Shown here one piece after another: positions 18,125-28,843 of a stretch of 32,000 bases of DNA. The notes beneath the pieces are model-generated. The model was given only the letters and a program-made list of their open reading frames with translations, made no database searches and was not told the DNA's origin. Each line of letters opens with the position of its first letter. The stretch's first letter is position 1. The stretch is from contig NC_013771.1 of the NCBI RefSeq assembly GCF_000025125.1, positions 210,001-242,000 on the forward strand, read 5' to 3'. A program made the position numbers and the translations under genes. This DNA is from Candidatus Atelocyanobacterium thalassa isolate ALOHA (GTDB lineage Bacteria; Cyanobacteriota; Cyanobacteriia; Cyanobacteriales; Microcystaceae).

Positions 18125-19300
18125 ATGAAAGCCATGATTCTAGCTGCTGGCAAAGGAACTCGAGTTCGCCCTATTACTCAGACTATCCCTAAGCCTCTAA
18201 TTCCTATTCTACAAAAACCTGTAATGGAGTTTTTGTTAGAACTATTACGAAAACATGGCTTTGATCAAGTCATGGTAAATGTTAGCCATTTGGCGGAAGA
18301 AATTGAAAGTTATTTCCGTGACGGGCAACGTTTTGGCGTGCAAATAGCTTACTCATTTGAAGGGAAAATTGTTGATGGTGATTTGGTGGGAGAAGCTTTA
18401 GGATCTGCCGGTGGATTGAGACGTATTCAAGATTTTAATCCTTTTTTTGATGATACTTTTATTGTATTGTGCGGAGATGCATTGATTGATTTAGATCTAA
18501 CAGCTGCTGTCAAATGGCATAAAGAGAAAGGAGCAATTGCTACAGTTATTACCAAGTCAGTTTCAAAAGAAGTTGTTTCTAGCTATGGAGTAGTAGTAAC
18601 TGATGAAGAAGGTAAAATTAAAACTTTTCAAGAAAAGCCTTCTATTGAAGAAGCATTAAGCACAAATATTAATACTGGAATTTATATTTTTGAACCAGAA
18701 GTTATTAATTACATCCCTCCAAATCAAAAATATGATATAGGAAGTGAACTATTTCCTAAATTAGTTAGTGAAAATACGCCTTTTTATGCAGTTAACATGG
18801 ACTTTGAATGGGTTGATATAGGTAAAGTTCCTGACTACTGGCACGCTATTCGTGGAGTCTTGCAAAGAACAATTAAAAACGTTCAAATACCAGGTATTGA
18901 AGTTAGACCCGGTATTTATACAGGATTAAATGTCGCTGTAAATTGGGATAAGGTCAACATTCAAGGACCTGTTTATATTGGTGGAATGACTCATATTGAG
19001 GATGGGGCAACTATTATTGGTCCTAGCATGATTGGACCTAATTGCTGGATTTGCAGTAATGCCACTGTAGATAATAGCGTTATCTTTGAATATTCTCGTT
19101 TAGGCCCAGGGGTTAGATTGGCGGACAAATTAGTATTTGGAAGATATTGTGTAGACAAGACAGGGGCTGCAATTGATGTGCAAGCAGCAGCTTTAGATTG
19201 GCTAATTACAGATTCTCGGCAAACTATGCCTTTTGACCATCAAAATCAACAAAAAGCCATTGCTGATTTACTCAACCAAGGTCATCAAAACATTTATTAA
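18125..19300 (+). CDS. NDP-sugar pyrophosphorylase (mannose-1-phosphate guanylyltransferase-like) with a C-terminal left-handed beta-helix
   Basis: 391-aa ORF with an ATG preceded by GAGGA (18111-18115). It has the nucleotidyltransferase signature MILAAGKGTRVRPIT. The C-terminal hexapeptide-like repeats read IGGMTHIEDGATIIGPSMIGPNCWI. Confidence 0.85.
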   Translation: MKAMILAAGKGTRVRPITQTIPKPLIPILQKPVMEFLLELLRKHGFDQVMVNVSHLAEEIESYFRDGQRFGVQIAYSFEGKIVDGDLVGEALGSAGGLRRIQDFNPFFDDTFIVLCGDALIDLDLTAAVKWHKEKGAIATVITKSVSKEVVSSYGVVVTDEEGKIKTFQEKPSIEEALSTNINTGIYIFEPEVINYIPPNQKYDIGSELFPKLVSENTPFYAVNMDFEWVDIGKVPDYWHAIRGVLQRTIKNVQIPGIEVRPGIYTGLNVAVNWDKVNIQGPVYIGGMTHIEDGATIIGPSMIGPNCWICSNATVDNSVIFEYSRLGPGVRLADKLVFGRYCVDKTGAAIDVQAAALDWLITDSRQTMPFDHQNQQKAIADLLNQGHQNIY

Positions 19301-20519
19301 CAAGATACTTAGCTATCCTTTTAGAAGCCCCCGATTTTCCCATACGTTTTTTTCCATTTTTACTAATACTATTTATTAGCTTTTTATCACTTAATAATTT
19401 TTTTAGGACCTCACTACTATTGTTTGGCTTTTTAACCAAGATTACAGAGTGACCTAATAAGCGTGTTTGGCTTTCAGCGAAATATTGAGTAAATTGTGGA
19501 CCTTCTCCAGGAAATGAAATAACAGGTTTACCTAAACCTACAAACTGTTCAGTGGCAGTTCCTGCCATAGCTATACCTAAATGAGATGATTGCAGGCATT
19601 CTTCATAAGCAAATTGTGTAAGTATTAAAGTAGCATTTTTCTTTTGAAATTGTAAGGCTTGAGAATCTTTTAACTTAATATAATCTTGATCCAATGTTTG
19701 GTTTTTCCAGTTATCATCTATTAGTTCTTTTTGAAAAGGTGTAAATTTTAAGCTAGGGGCAATAGCACTCAAAAAAAGAAAAGATTTTTTAGGGAAAGTT
19801 TTTAAAATAGTCTGAATAGACTGTAAAATCAAATTCCAGTTACGCCATGTTTCAGGAGTTCTTGAGCCAGGTAAAAGTAAAATAGTTATTTGATCTAAAT
19901 GAGTGTCAAAACAAACTGTTGTTAACTTTGAAAAATCATTCATCATAGGGTTTCCCAAAGCATGAGCAAAAACTTTTAATTTACATAAGCTTGCTGCTGT
20001 TAGAGTATCTCGTACAAAAATACCTTTACATTTATTGGATCTCATCAACCAGCGTTCCCAAGGGTAATATACTGATTTAAAAAAGCGATCAATCATTGAA
20101 GTTGATGACAACCAACCACTTTCATCTCTAACATAATATTCTGATTTAGCAACTCCAATAAAAGCAAAGTTAGTATTACTTAGCCAAGCAAAAAATAAGG
20201 GAAGAATATCTCCAACTGCTAATATGATTCCATCTTCTTTCCCCCATTGATAAATTACTTTATATTGCTGATATGTTAGATTAATTAATCCTTTATTAAC
20301 ATCACGCAATAGTTCTGATATTTTTTGATTAAATCCTCCTGAAGGCATGTTACTAACTTTGCCTATAATTGGTATCTGATTGTTTTTAAAAGCATAACCT
20401 TCTCCAACTAAAGGAAGAGCAACAACCTCAGAAACTATAGAGTAAGTAATTAATTCTTTAATTATAGAAATAGCAATGGTATCTTCTCCATGTCCATTAC
20501 TAATTACTAGAATCTTCAT
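19272..20519 (-). CDS. lipid-A-disaccharide synthase-related glycosyltransferase-like protein (conserved cyanobacterial family)
   Basis: 415-aa ORF with an ATG start. The N-terminus MKILVISNGHGEDTIA and the C-terminal GTATEQFVGLGKPVI are GT-B-like and LpxB-related as I recall the family. Its 3' end overlaps the convergent gene by 29 nt. Confidence 0.7.
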   Translation of the reverse strand: MKILVISNGHGEDTIAISIIKELITYSIVSEVVALPLVGEGYAFKNNQIPIIGKVSNMPSGGFNQKISELLRDVNKGLINLTYQQYKVIYQWGKEDGIILAVGDILPLFFAWLSNTNFAFIGVAKSEYYVRDESGWLSSTSMIDRFFKSVYYPWERWLMRSNKCKGIFVRDTLTAASLCKLKVFAHALGNPMMNDFSKLTTVCFDTHLDQITILLLPGSRTPETWRNWNLILQSIQTILKTFPKKSFLFLSAIAPSLKFTPFQKELIDDNWKNQTLDQDYIKLKDSQALQFQKKNATLILTQFAYEECLQSSHLGIAMAGTATEQFVGLGKPVISFPGEGPQFTQYFAESQTRLLGHSVILVKKPNNSSEVLKKLLSDKKLINSISKNGKKRMGKSGASKRIAKYLVNKCFDDLG

Positions 20520-20989
20520 AAATTTTATTCAAATAACTGGTTAAAATATATTGTTATTTTGTTCTAAGATTTTTAGTAAAAATAGAATCTTTTTTGTCAA
20601 TTTTATGGATTAAAAAGTTTAATCGAATTAAAATCAGAAACATTTACATTTAATTATTATTATTTACTATAATTTAATTTGATGATTATAGTATTGCTTC
20701 AAATAATTAGAAATGTAAATAATATTAATATTTCTAAGATTTAGCTAAATTCTTTACTAATTTAATTTACTAGTTAAAATAATTAACGTAATGAGTTTAA
20801 TAAGTTAAACATTTTGTATCTGTTAAGTTAAAGTTTTACTAACTAGTATTCTGGAAACTTAATCTAAACAAAAGTTGAGGATTATTTGCTTCTGATTTAC
20901 GAGAAGATGATAAACTGACCTACTAGAAACAAAATTCTTAATATTCAATGGTCTAAAAGGTGCCAAGTCTTGGTACTTTTATACATTAA

Positions 20990-22177
<1,188 letters not shown>

Positions 22178-22216
22178 TTACGTAAAGTGTTCTAGTTAGC
22201 TGGAATTTTAATATAT

Positions 22217-22268
22217 CAAGAAAGGCCTTTTTAACTAGATTGCAATCTAGTTAAAAAGGCCTTTCTTG
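22217..22268. terminator. 52-nt perfect palindrome between convergent genes; candidate bidirectional terminator
   Basis: The sequence caagaaaggcctttttaactagattg | caatctagttaaaaaggcctttcttg forms 26 consecutive complementary pairs, which I checked individually. It lies 40 nt after the sqdB stop and 71 nt after the convergent methyltransferase stop. Confidence 0.7.
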
Positions 22269-22339
22269 TAGAAAAAAATTAATTAATTTGCTGAGTATAG
22301 GTAAAGTATTTTTGCACTCATATTTAAATAATCTATTGA

Positions 22340-23278
22340 TTATTTTTTTACAGCATAAAACATTCCAAATTTGCAAAGACCTGTTCCAAAAGCTATACGC
22401 ATCAAAAGTAGTGTTGGTACTTCTCTCAAAGACTTTATGAAACCGATAATACCAAAGTGCCATAAACCACTAGGTCTTTTAATTCCCTGCCAAATAGATT
22501 CTAGCCAGGAAGGAAGTGTTTGTTCTGTCCAATCATCTGTGATTACTTTTCCTTTTACCAAGCCTGTAATTTCTAAAAGTTCTGTAAAACCTTCAATACT
22601 TGCAAAGGCTGGATGAGACCATTGTTCTAAGAGTTGTTTCATGATAGTTGCCTCTAAAAAATTTAAAGGTTGCTTTCTATCATCACGTTGATTCCAATCA
22701 GCAACAATCAATATACCATTAGGTTTGAGGACACGAAGCAACTCTTGGGCAAACTTTCTTTTATTGGACATGTGGGGACCTGCTTCAATACACCACACAA
22801 CATCAAAACTATCATCAGAAAAAGATAAATTCATAGCATCGTTAACCATAAACTTAGTATTGAGATCTGAAGAACTTAGCTCTTGAGCACGTTTAACTTG
22901 TTTCGGACTAATAGTAATACCAGTAACATTAAATCCATAATTTCTTGACAAAATGCGGCTGCTCCCTCCGATACCACATCCTACATCAAGAACGCTAGTT
23001 TCAGTCGGTAATTTATTTAATTTTCCCCAATGAACCATTTCATGAACAAAATCAGATTTTGCCTTTAAAAAATCTTTCTTTTGAGGTGGAGAACCATAAT
23101 AACCTAAATGAATATGTTCACCCCAATAAAACTCTAATATACCGTCTTTTGTCCATTGATCATAAGATTGAGCTACTGATTCAGGAGATTGATAAGGACG
23201 GGTTGACAAAAAATAAATCGTGCCAGATACACCTAGTAATATTAATGATATTCCGACAATTATATGCAGTAAATCCAT
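22340..23278 (-). CDS. SAM-dependent 2-methyl-6-phytyl/solanesyl-1,4-benzoquinol methyltransferase (sll0418-like; tocopherol/plastoquinone pathway)
   Basis: 312-aa ORF with an ATG start. It has an N-terminal TM, the SAM motif VLDVGCGIGGSS, and YDQWTKDGILEFYWGEHIHLGYYG, which is very close to my memory of Synechocystis sll0418. I cannot distinguish it from gamma-tocopherol methyltransferase with certainty. Confidence 0.75.
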   Translation of the reverse strand: MDLLHIIVGISLILLGVSGTIYFLSTRPYQSPESVAQSYDQWTKDGILEFYWGEHIHLGYYGSPPQKKDFLKAKSDFVHEMVHWGKLNKLPTETSVLDVGCGIGGSSRILSRNYGFNVTGITISPKQVKRAQELSSSDLNTKFMVNDAMNLSFSDDSFDVVWCIEAGPHMSNKRKFAQELLRVLKPNGILIVADWNQRDDRKQPLNFLEATIMKQLLEQWSHPAFASIEGFTELLEITGLVKGKVITDDWTEQTLPSWLESIWQGIKRPSGLWHFGIIGFIKSLREVPTLLLMRIAFGTGLCKFGMFYAVKK

Positions 23279-23766
23279 GATAGTTATAAGATTAAAACTT
23301 TTAATAGTATTAATTATCTACTAGACTAATATATTGATTTTTAGTTTTTAATTTTAGGATAAAAATAATTACAATATAACAATAAAAAATTGTTATTTTT
23401 GCTATAAGAAGATATTTTAATACGTTTAAAATTATTTTTTATCTAGACGATAAGACTAATTATACTATTAATTCAATAAGTAACATTCAATTATTTTGTT
23501 TTTAATAAGTACTACAAAATAACTTGATAAATAAATTTACTTATTAAATATAAACTTAATAGTTTTCTTCTTATAATTTTGTTTTTTTATAAAAAAATGT
23601 CATATGATTGAATCATGACACACTTAAAATTATAAGCTTTTGAGCTAAATTACTTAATCAATTTATAAGTTAATTTTTTCCTCGCTACAAAATTTTTAAT
23701 TATTAAATCTAGCAAAATTTACACTTTACTCAAATATTCGATTACATTTATAACTCTTAAAATCAC

Positions 23767-25668
23767 ATGACTTCTTATAATAATTTTAATTTTCAAGATG
23801 AATTTGACGTTATCGTAGTTGGTGCAGGACATTCAGGATGTGAAGCTGCATTAGCCACTTCACGTTTAGGGTGTAAAACTTTAATGTTGACCCTAAATCT
23901 TGATCGTGTTGCTTGGCAACCATGTAATCCTGCGATAGGAGGACCTGCTAAATCTCAATTAGCTCATGAAGTAGATGCTTTAGGAGGAGAAATTGGGAAA
24001 GTAACTGATTTAACATATTTACAAAAGCGTATTCTTAATGCTTCCAGGGGTCCTGCAGTTTGGGCATTACGTGCTCAAGTTGATAAGCGTGAATACTCTG
24101 CAGCTATGAAAGCAATTATTGAGAATCAAGAGAACCTTAATATTCGCGAAGGTATGGTTACTGATTTGGTCTTAGGTCGTAATGATGAAATCAGAGGGGT
24201 TCAGACATATTTTGGTAGTTGCTTTGCTGCAAAAGCAGTTATCTTAGCAACTGGAACTTTCCTGGGAGGACAGATTTGGATTGGCGATAAATCTATGGAT
24301 GCTGGAAGAGCTGGTGAATTCCCTTCTATAAACTTAACCAATACCCTTAAACAACTAGGATTTGAAACAGAAAGATTAAAAACTGGAACCCCTGCGAGAA
24401 TTGACAAACGTTCTGTCGATTATTCTCAACTAGAACCTCAGCCTCCTGATAAAAATTTAAAATGGTTTAGTTTTGATCCCAATTTTTGGATAGAAAAAGA
24501 GCAAATGAATTGTTACTTAACTAGAACTACACCTGAGACACATAAGTTAATACAAGATAATCTTCACTTATCACCTATCTATGGAGGGTTCGTAAAGTCT
24601 AAAGGACCTCGCTATTGTCCATCCATAGAAGATAAAATTGTAAGGTTTGCAGATAAAAATAGTCATCAAATTTTTATAGAACCAGAAGGAAGAGAAACTC
24701 CTGAGTTATATGTACAGGGATTTTCTACGGGTTTGCCAGAAAACATCCAATCAGCAATGTTGAAAACTTTACCTGGTTTAGAAAAATGCGTCATGTTACG
24801 TCCTGCATATGCTGTAGAGTATGATTTTTTGCCAGCTACTCAATGTAAGCCAACTCTAATGACGAAAAAGATAGAAGGTCTTTTTTGTGCTGGACAAATT
24901 AATGGAACAACAGGATATGAAGAGGCAGCAGCGCAAGGAATTGTTGCCGGAATTAATGCCGCAAAATTTATCAAAAATGAAGAAATGATAATTTTTTCTA
25001 GAGAAGACAGTTATATTGGTACTCTAATTGATGATTTGTGTACTAAAGATATCAGAGAACCTTATCGAATGCTAACTTCTAGATCTGAATACCGTTTAAT
25101 ACTACGTTCAGATAATGCTGATGAAAGATTAACGCCATTAGGGAGAAGAATTGGACTAATTGATAACTATAGATGGCATCTATTTCAAAAAAAGCAAAAA
25201 AACATTCTCGAAGAAAAAATACGTCTTTCAAAAGTTAGGATAAAAGAAAAAGATGAAATCGGTATTAGACTTATCAAAGATACTCAGCAAAATATTAAAG
25301 GGGCAATTACTCTAGCTGATTTGCTAAAACGTCCAAAAATTCACTATAAAAATCTAGAACAGTATGGATTAGGAAATAATAATTTGACTGTCGGAGAAAA
25401 AGAGGGAGTAGAAATTAATATTAAATATTCTGGTTATTTGAAACGTCAACAAAATCAACTTGAGCAAGTTAAACGTTATTCTGACCGTAATTTGCCCACA
25501 GATATTGATTATATGAATATTGAAACTTTATCAATGGAAGCGCGAGAAAAATTAACTAAGGTGTCTCCACTAACTATTGGTCAAGCATCTCGTATTGGTG
25601 GAGTTAGTCCTGCAGATACTAATGCTTTACTGATATATCTAGAAATAAAATCACGCCAAAATACTTAG
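23767..25668 (+). CDS. mnmG: tRNA uridine 5-carboxymethylaminomethyl modification enzyme MnmG (GidA)
   Basis: 633-aa ORF with an ATG start. It has the FAD motif [14 protein letters not shown], and [27 protein letters not shown] and SRSEYRL are all hallmark MnmG motifs. Confidence 0.95.
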   Translation: MTSYNNFNFQDEFDVIVVGAGHSGCEAALATSRLGCKTLMLTLNLDRVAWQPCNPAIGGPAKSQLAHEVDALGGEIGKVTDLTYLQKRILNASRGPAVWALRAQVDKREYSAAMKAIIENQENLNIREGMVTDLVLGRNDEIRGVQTYFGSCFAAKAVILATGTFLGGQIWIGDKSMDAGRAGEFPSINLTNTLKQLGFETERLKTGTPARIDKRSVDYSQLEPQPPDKNLKWFSFDPNFWIEKEQMNCYLTRTTPETHKLIQDNLHLSPIYGGFVKSKGPRYCPSIEDKIVRFADKNSHQIFIEPEGRETPELYVQGFSTGLPENIQSAMLKTLPGLEKCVMLRPAYAVEYDFLPATQCKPTLMTKKIEGLFCAGQINGTTGYEEAAAQGIVAGINAAKFIKNEEMIIFSREDSYIGTLIDDLCTKDIREPYRMLTSRSEYRLILRSDNADERLTPLGRRIGLIDNYRWHLFQKKQKNILEEKIRLSKVRIKEKDEIGIRLIKDTQQNIKGAITLADLLKRPKIHYKNLEQYGLGNNNLTVGEKEGVEINIKYSGYLKRQQNQLEQVKRYSDRNLPTDIDYMNIETLSMEAREKLTKVSPLTIGQASRIGGVSPADTNALLIYLEIKSRQNT

Positions 25669-25716
25669 AATATATGCTAAAAAAGTGTAAAGTTTCTTGT
25701 TATTTAGACTTATCTG

Positions 25717-27279
25717 TTAGTTTCCTCCTGTTCCTAATAAGAAAAGACTAACTAAAGTTCCTGTATTCCATAGACTATGCATTAATATAGACGATAAAAG
25801 ATTACCTGAACGTGTATAAACAACTCCCAGAATAATTCCTAAAGTTGTTAGTGGCAGAATTTCAGAAATATTAAGATGAGCAACAGCAAAGATCAGACTA
25901 CTCACTATAATTGCACCCCATGGGGAAATATAACGAGTTAAAGAAGGTAATAAAAAACCTCGAAAAATTATTTCTTCATAAAACGGTGCAGCTACTGCTG
26001 CAGTTAAATAAAAAATTGCTAAAGCAAATAAATCTTGATTTTCTAAAACTAAAGAAAGCAAAGGATTACTACCTCCTTTACCTCCCCAAAAATTATCATT
26101 AATCAATGAAATGATAAGGACTGAAGGTAAAGCAACTAAATATCCACTAATTCCCCATATGATCCAATTTTTAAAAATTTTAAAATTAAATAATTTTTGA
26201 GGTAAAGGAAAGAAAGGCTTGATTGATAAATAAAGTACTAGAATTCCACCTAAAGCCATTATAAGATAGCTGCTGAAGATATAAATAGCTTTTCCCCTAA
26301 GACTCAAATTAATCAGATTGATATTTAGAGTAGTAAACAAAGCAGGCAAAATAATTTGGCCAAAGAAGAAAAATCCTATAATAAAAACTTTCCAAGGAGT
26401 CTCAACTGTCCAGGGTATTTCCCATTTATAATCACTACTTATATTTAAAATTGCAGAATCTTGTCTTAAAATAAGTTGAATCAAAGAGAAAATAATAATT
26501 CCTATTCCTACAACACTTCCTAAGCCTGGAATTATATTAAGGAAAGCCAATTTTAAGATTGTTGATTGCAAATTTTTCTCATATTTTGCTTGCAAAATTT
26601 GTAAATCTTGTTGCCGATCTTCTATTTCATAAAGTCTTTTTAAAGAATAGCTAAGAAACCAGCCATTTAAATTCTCTTTAATTATAAATTCTGCATCATC
26701 TGATTTCACAAAACTATTATTCCATAAATTAATCAGAACGTCAGATAACTTGTTCGAAGAAGATGGAGATAGTAAAGAGTTGTTATTTTTCCAAATATCT
26801 AAAGCCTGCTTTGTATTTCCTTGAGCAACTTCTAGTAATCCTATTTTAAGATTTAAATTACTAAGTGTCTTTTTTCGATAATCTATATCGGTTAATATTT
26901 TTTTTCTATGATCAGAAATATTAGAAGAATTTAAGCTAAGAATTTCTTCTTTTACCCCAATCGTATTGTTATCAAATGTTTTCAGCTCAGTACTTAATTC
27001 ATCTAATCTATCAGATAAAATACCATGTGTTTCGCTATACTTTTTGAGAGCATCTATATATGGTTGCTGTCCTGATATATATTGACTAATACTCTTAATT
27101 TTTTGATGATCATTATCAAAAATCTGGGAAGTCTTAAGGATTAAATTTGTTTGATAAAGTTGAAAATTAGATTGAGATTGCGGTTGATGAACACTATTTA
27201 CCAATGATAAAAATACTGGAATTAATGAAACTACTGTTATTATGGCTAATAATAATTTTTTTATTTTCATAAATCTCAT
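25717..27279 (-). CDS. CPBP-family (CAAX/Abi-type) intramembrane glutamic protease with a roughly 250-aa N-terminal extracytoplasmic domain
   Basis: 520-aa ORF with an ATG start (an alternative ATG lies at 27270). It has a signal anchor followed by a helical, repeat-like soluble region. The polytopic C-terminus carries the CPBP motifs EEIIFRG, FAVAHL and HSLWN. Confidence 0.8.
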   Translation of the reverse strand: MRFMKIKKLLLAIITVVSLIPVFLSLVNSVHQPQSQSNFQLYQTNLILKTSQIFDNDHQKIKSISQYISGQQPYIDALKKYSETHGILSDRLDELSTELKTFDNNTIGVKEEILSLNSSNISDHRKKILTDIDYRKKTLSNLNLKIGLLEVAQGNTKQALDIWKNNNSLLSPSSSNKLSDVLINLWNNSFVKSDDAEFIIKENLNGWFLSYSLKRLYEIEDRQQDLQILQAKYEKNLQSTILKLAFLNIIPGLGSVVGIGIIIFSLIQLILRQDSAILNISSDYKWEIPWTVETPWKVFIIGFFFFGQIILPALFTTLNINLINLSLRGKAIYIFSSYLIMALGGILVLYLSIKPFFPLPQKLFNFKIFKNWIIWGISGYLVALPSVLIISLINDNFWGGKGGSNPLLSLVLENQDLFALAIFYLTAAVAAPFYEEIIFRGFLLPSLTRYISPWGAIIVSSLIFAVAHLNISEILPLTTLGIILGVVYTRSGNLLSSILMHSLWNTGTLVSLFLLGTGGN

Positions 27280-27295
27280 CTAAATATGTTTATGC

Positions 27296-28843
27296 TTATT
27301 CTTTTTGGGTCGAAATAAGAATAAATCCTGAAGCTTCTCCTAGCATCTTAGCATCAATCAACTTGAAGTCTAGAGCTTTTCTATCCTCTAATAAAAGATA
27401 TGATGAATTTAATGCAAGTATATCTAACTCATTTTTATTTTGAGATATAACTTGACGCTTACTATAAAAATCTAAACTAGGGCGATTATAAGGAAATGAG
27501 GTGTAAACAATAGTATCAATTGGTGTATTCTCTCTAATTAGTTTGGCTACAGATTTTACAGGAAATGACTCATTTAATTCCCATAACCAAGAATTAGAGA
27601 TCATCAATAAGGTCAAACTTAAATATAGACCTACTATCAGAACCGTGATAAAACTAGATGACTTTTTATATAACTTTTGATTAGTCCATAAAAAAGTATT
27701 AAAAAATGTAAAAAATATCAATTGAAAAATAAATTGTTGTGGCTCCCTAAATATATATATTCCTAATCCCAATATAAGGTAAGTTAATGCAGACATACCA
27801 AGCATTAATACTTTAGGAAAACTTTTGGGGTACGAATAGAAATAAGATAGATTATATCCAGTAGCTAGAGCAAAAAAGGGATAAACCGGCATTATATACC
27901 AAGGTAATTTAGTGCCCATAATTGTAATTATAAACAAAAACAGGAAAAATCCTGTTGCTATTAACTTAATTAAATTTTTTTGACGTTTCTTCCAAGCAAC
28001 AATTAAACCCCCTGGAAAAAATATTAACCAAGGAAAACTATACTTTGCTAGTTCAAGTATATAGTACCAAACCTCCCCTTTATTACCTTCTACAGCAGTT
28101 GATAAACGATCAAAATTCTGTTGAAAAAAATGAACTTCAATAAACTTCTCTCCATAGAAATTTATTTGGAAATAATACCAAATAAAGACCGGAGAAAAAC
28201 CTATCAATAAACCTATCCAAAATAAATTACTTTTAAATAATTTACTATAGTCACTTAAAAGCATGTAAACCCCCAAAACACCTCCTAAGGCGATTGCTAA
28301 AATTCCTTTACTTAATGCAATCATCCCTAAACCAATACCAAAGCCTAATATCCATAATGGTTGTTTTTTTGATTTCAATAAAGATAATATGCATAAAATC
28401 AAAAAGGTATTAACCATACCATCAATCATTGCTAAGCGCCCATGCCTTAATATGGGAAGTGAAGTTAGATAAACTAAACTGCTTAAAATTGCTGGGAGTT
28501 GTGTGTGAAATATATTTCTACCAACTAAGTAAAGCAAAGGAATACCAACTGCAGTCAGCAGAGCGCAAGGGAGACGAGTAGTAAATTCATTAATACCACC
28601 CAAGTGATAAGAAAGATTAATGAGCCAAATAATTAAAGGAGGTTTTAGCAAAAAAGGTTGATTATGGTACTTAAGATAAAGCCAATCACCAGATTCAAAC
28701 ATATTGCTAGCAACTGTAGCGTAGTATCCTTCGTCCCAGTCTCTAATTGGTAAGTCTCCTAATCTAATTAACCAAATAAATAGAGCTAATATTAGTAAAA
28801 GTAAAAACCATGAAACGTCATTTTTAATATTTAGCCTAATCAT
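27296..28843 (-). CDS. GT-C fold glycosyltransferase, family 39/83 (ArnT/PMT-like)
   Basis: 515-aa polytopic ORF with an ATG start. The first-loop acidic motif RDWDEGYYA is followed by LLKPPLIIWL, typical of ArnT/PMT-type lipid-linked-sugar transferases. Confidence 0.75.
   Translation of the reverse strand: MIRLNIKNDVSWFLLLLILALFIWLIRLGDLPIRDWDEGYYATVASNMFESGDWLYLKYHNQPFLLKPPLIIWLINLSYHLGGINEFTTRLPCALLTAVGIPLLYLVGRNIFHTQLPAILSSLVYLTSLPILRHGRLAMIDGMVNTFLILCILSLLKSKKQPLWILGFGIGLGMIALSKGILAIALGGVLGVYMLLSDYSKLFKSNLFWIGLLIGFSPVFIWYYFQINFYGEKFIEVHFFQQNFDRLSTAVEGNKGEVWYYILELAKYSFPWLIFFPGGLIVAWKKRQKNLIKLIATGFFLFLFIITIMGTKLPWYIMPVYPFFALATGYNLSYFYSYPKSFPKVLMLGMSALTYLILGLGIYIFREPQQFIFQLIFFTFFNTFLWTNQKLYKKSSSFITVLIVGLYLSLTLLMISNSWLWELNESFPVKSVAKLIRENTPIDTIVYTSFPYNRPSLDFYSKRQVISQNKNELDILALNSSYLLLEDRKALDFKLIDAKMLGEASGFILISTQKE

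Noticed and set aside
22251-23280. Track ORFs 22251-22463(-), 22371-22616(+) and 23059-23280(+)
   Set aside because: They overlap the methyltransferase gene or the palindrome in other frames or on the other strand. The 312-aa methyltransferase frame explains the region.
24201-24407. Track ORF 24201-24407(-), 68 aa
   Set aside because: It is antisense inside mnmG.
25911-26102. Track ORF 25911-26102(+), 63 aa
   Set aside because: It is antisense inside the CPBP protease gene, and its Lys/Leu-rich low-complexity translation is typical of AT-rich antisense frames.
25717-27279. CPBP/Abi-family protein as an abortive-infection phage-defence gene
   Set aside because: The Abi label of this family is historical. 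The motifs indicate a CPBP intramembrane protease, the neighbours are envelope glycosyltransferases, and no nuclease, ATPase, toxin-antitoxin or other defence-type partners are present.
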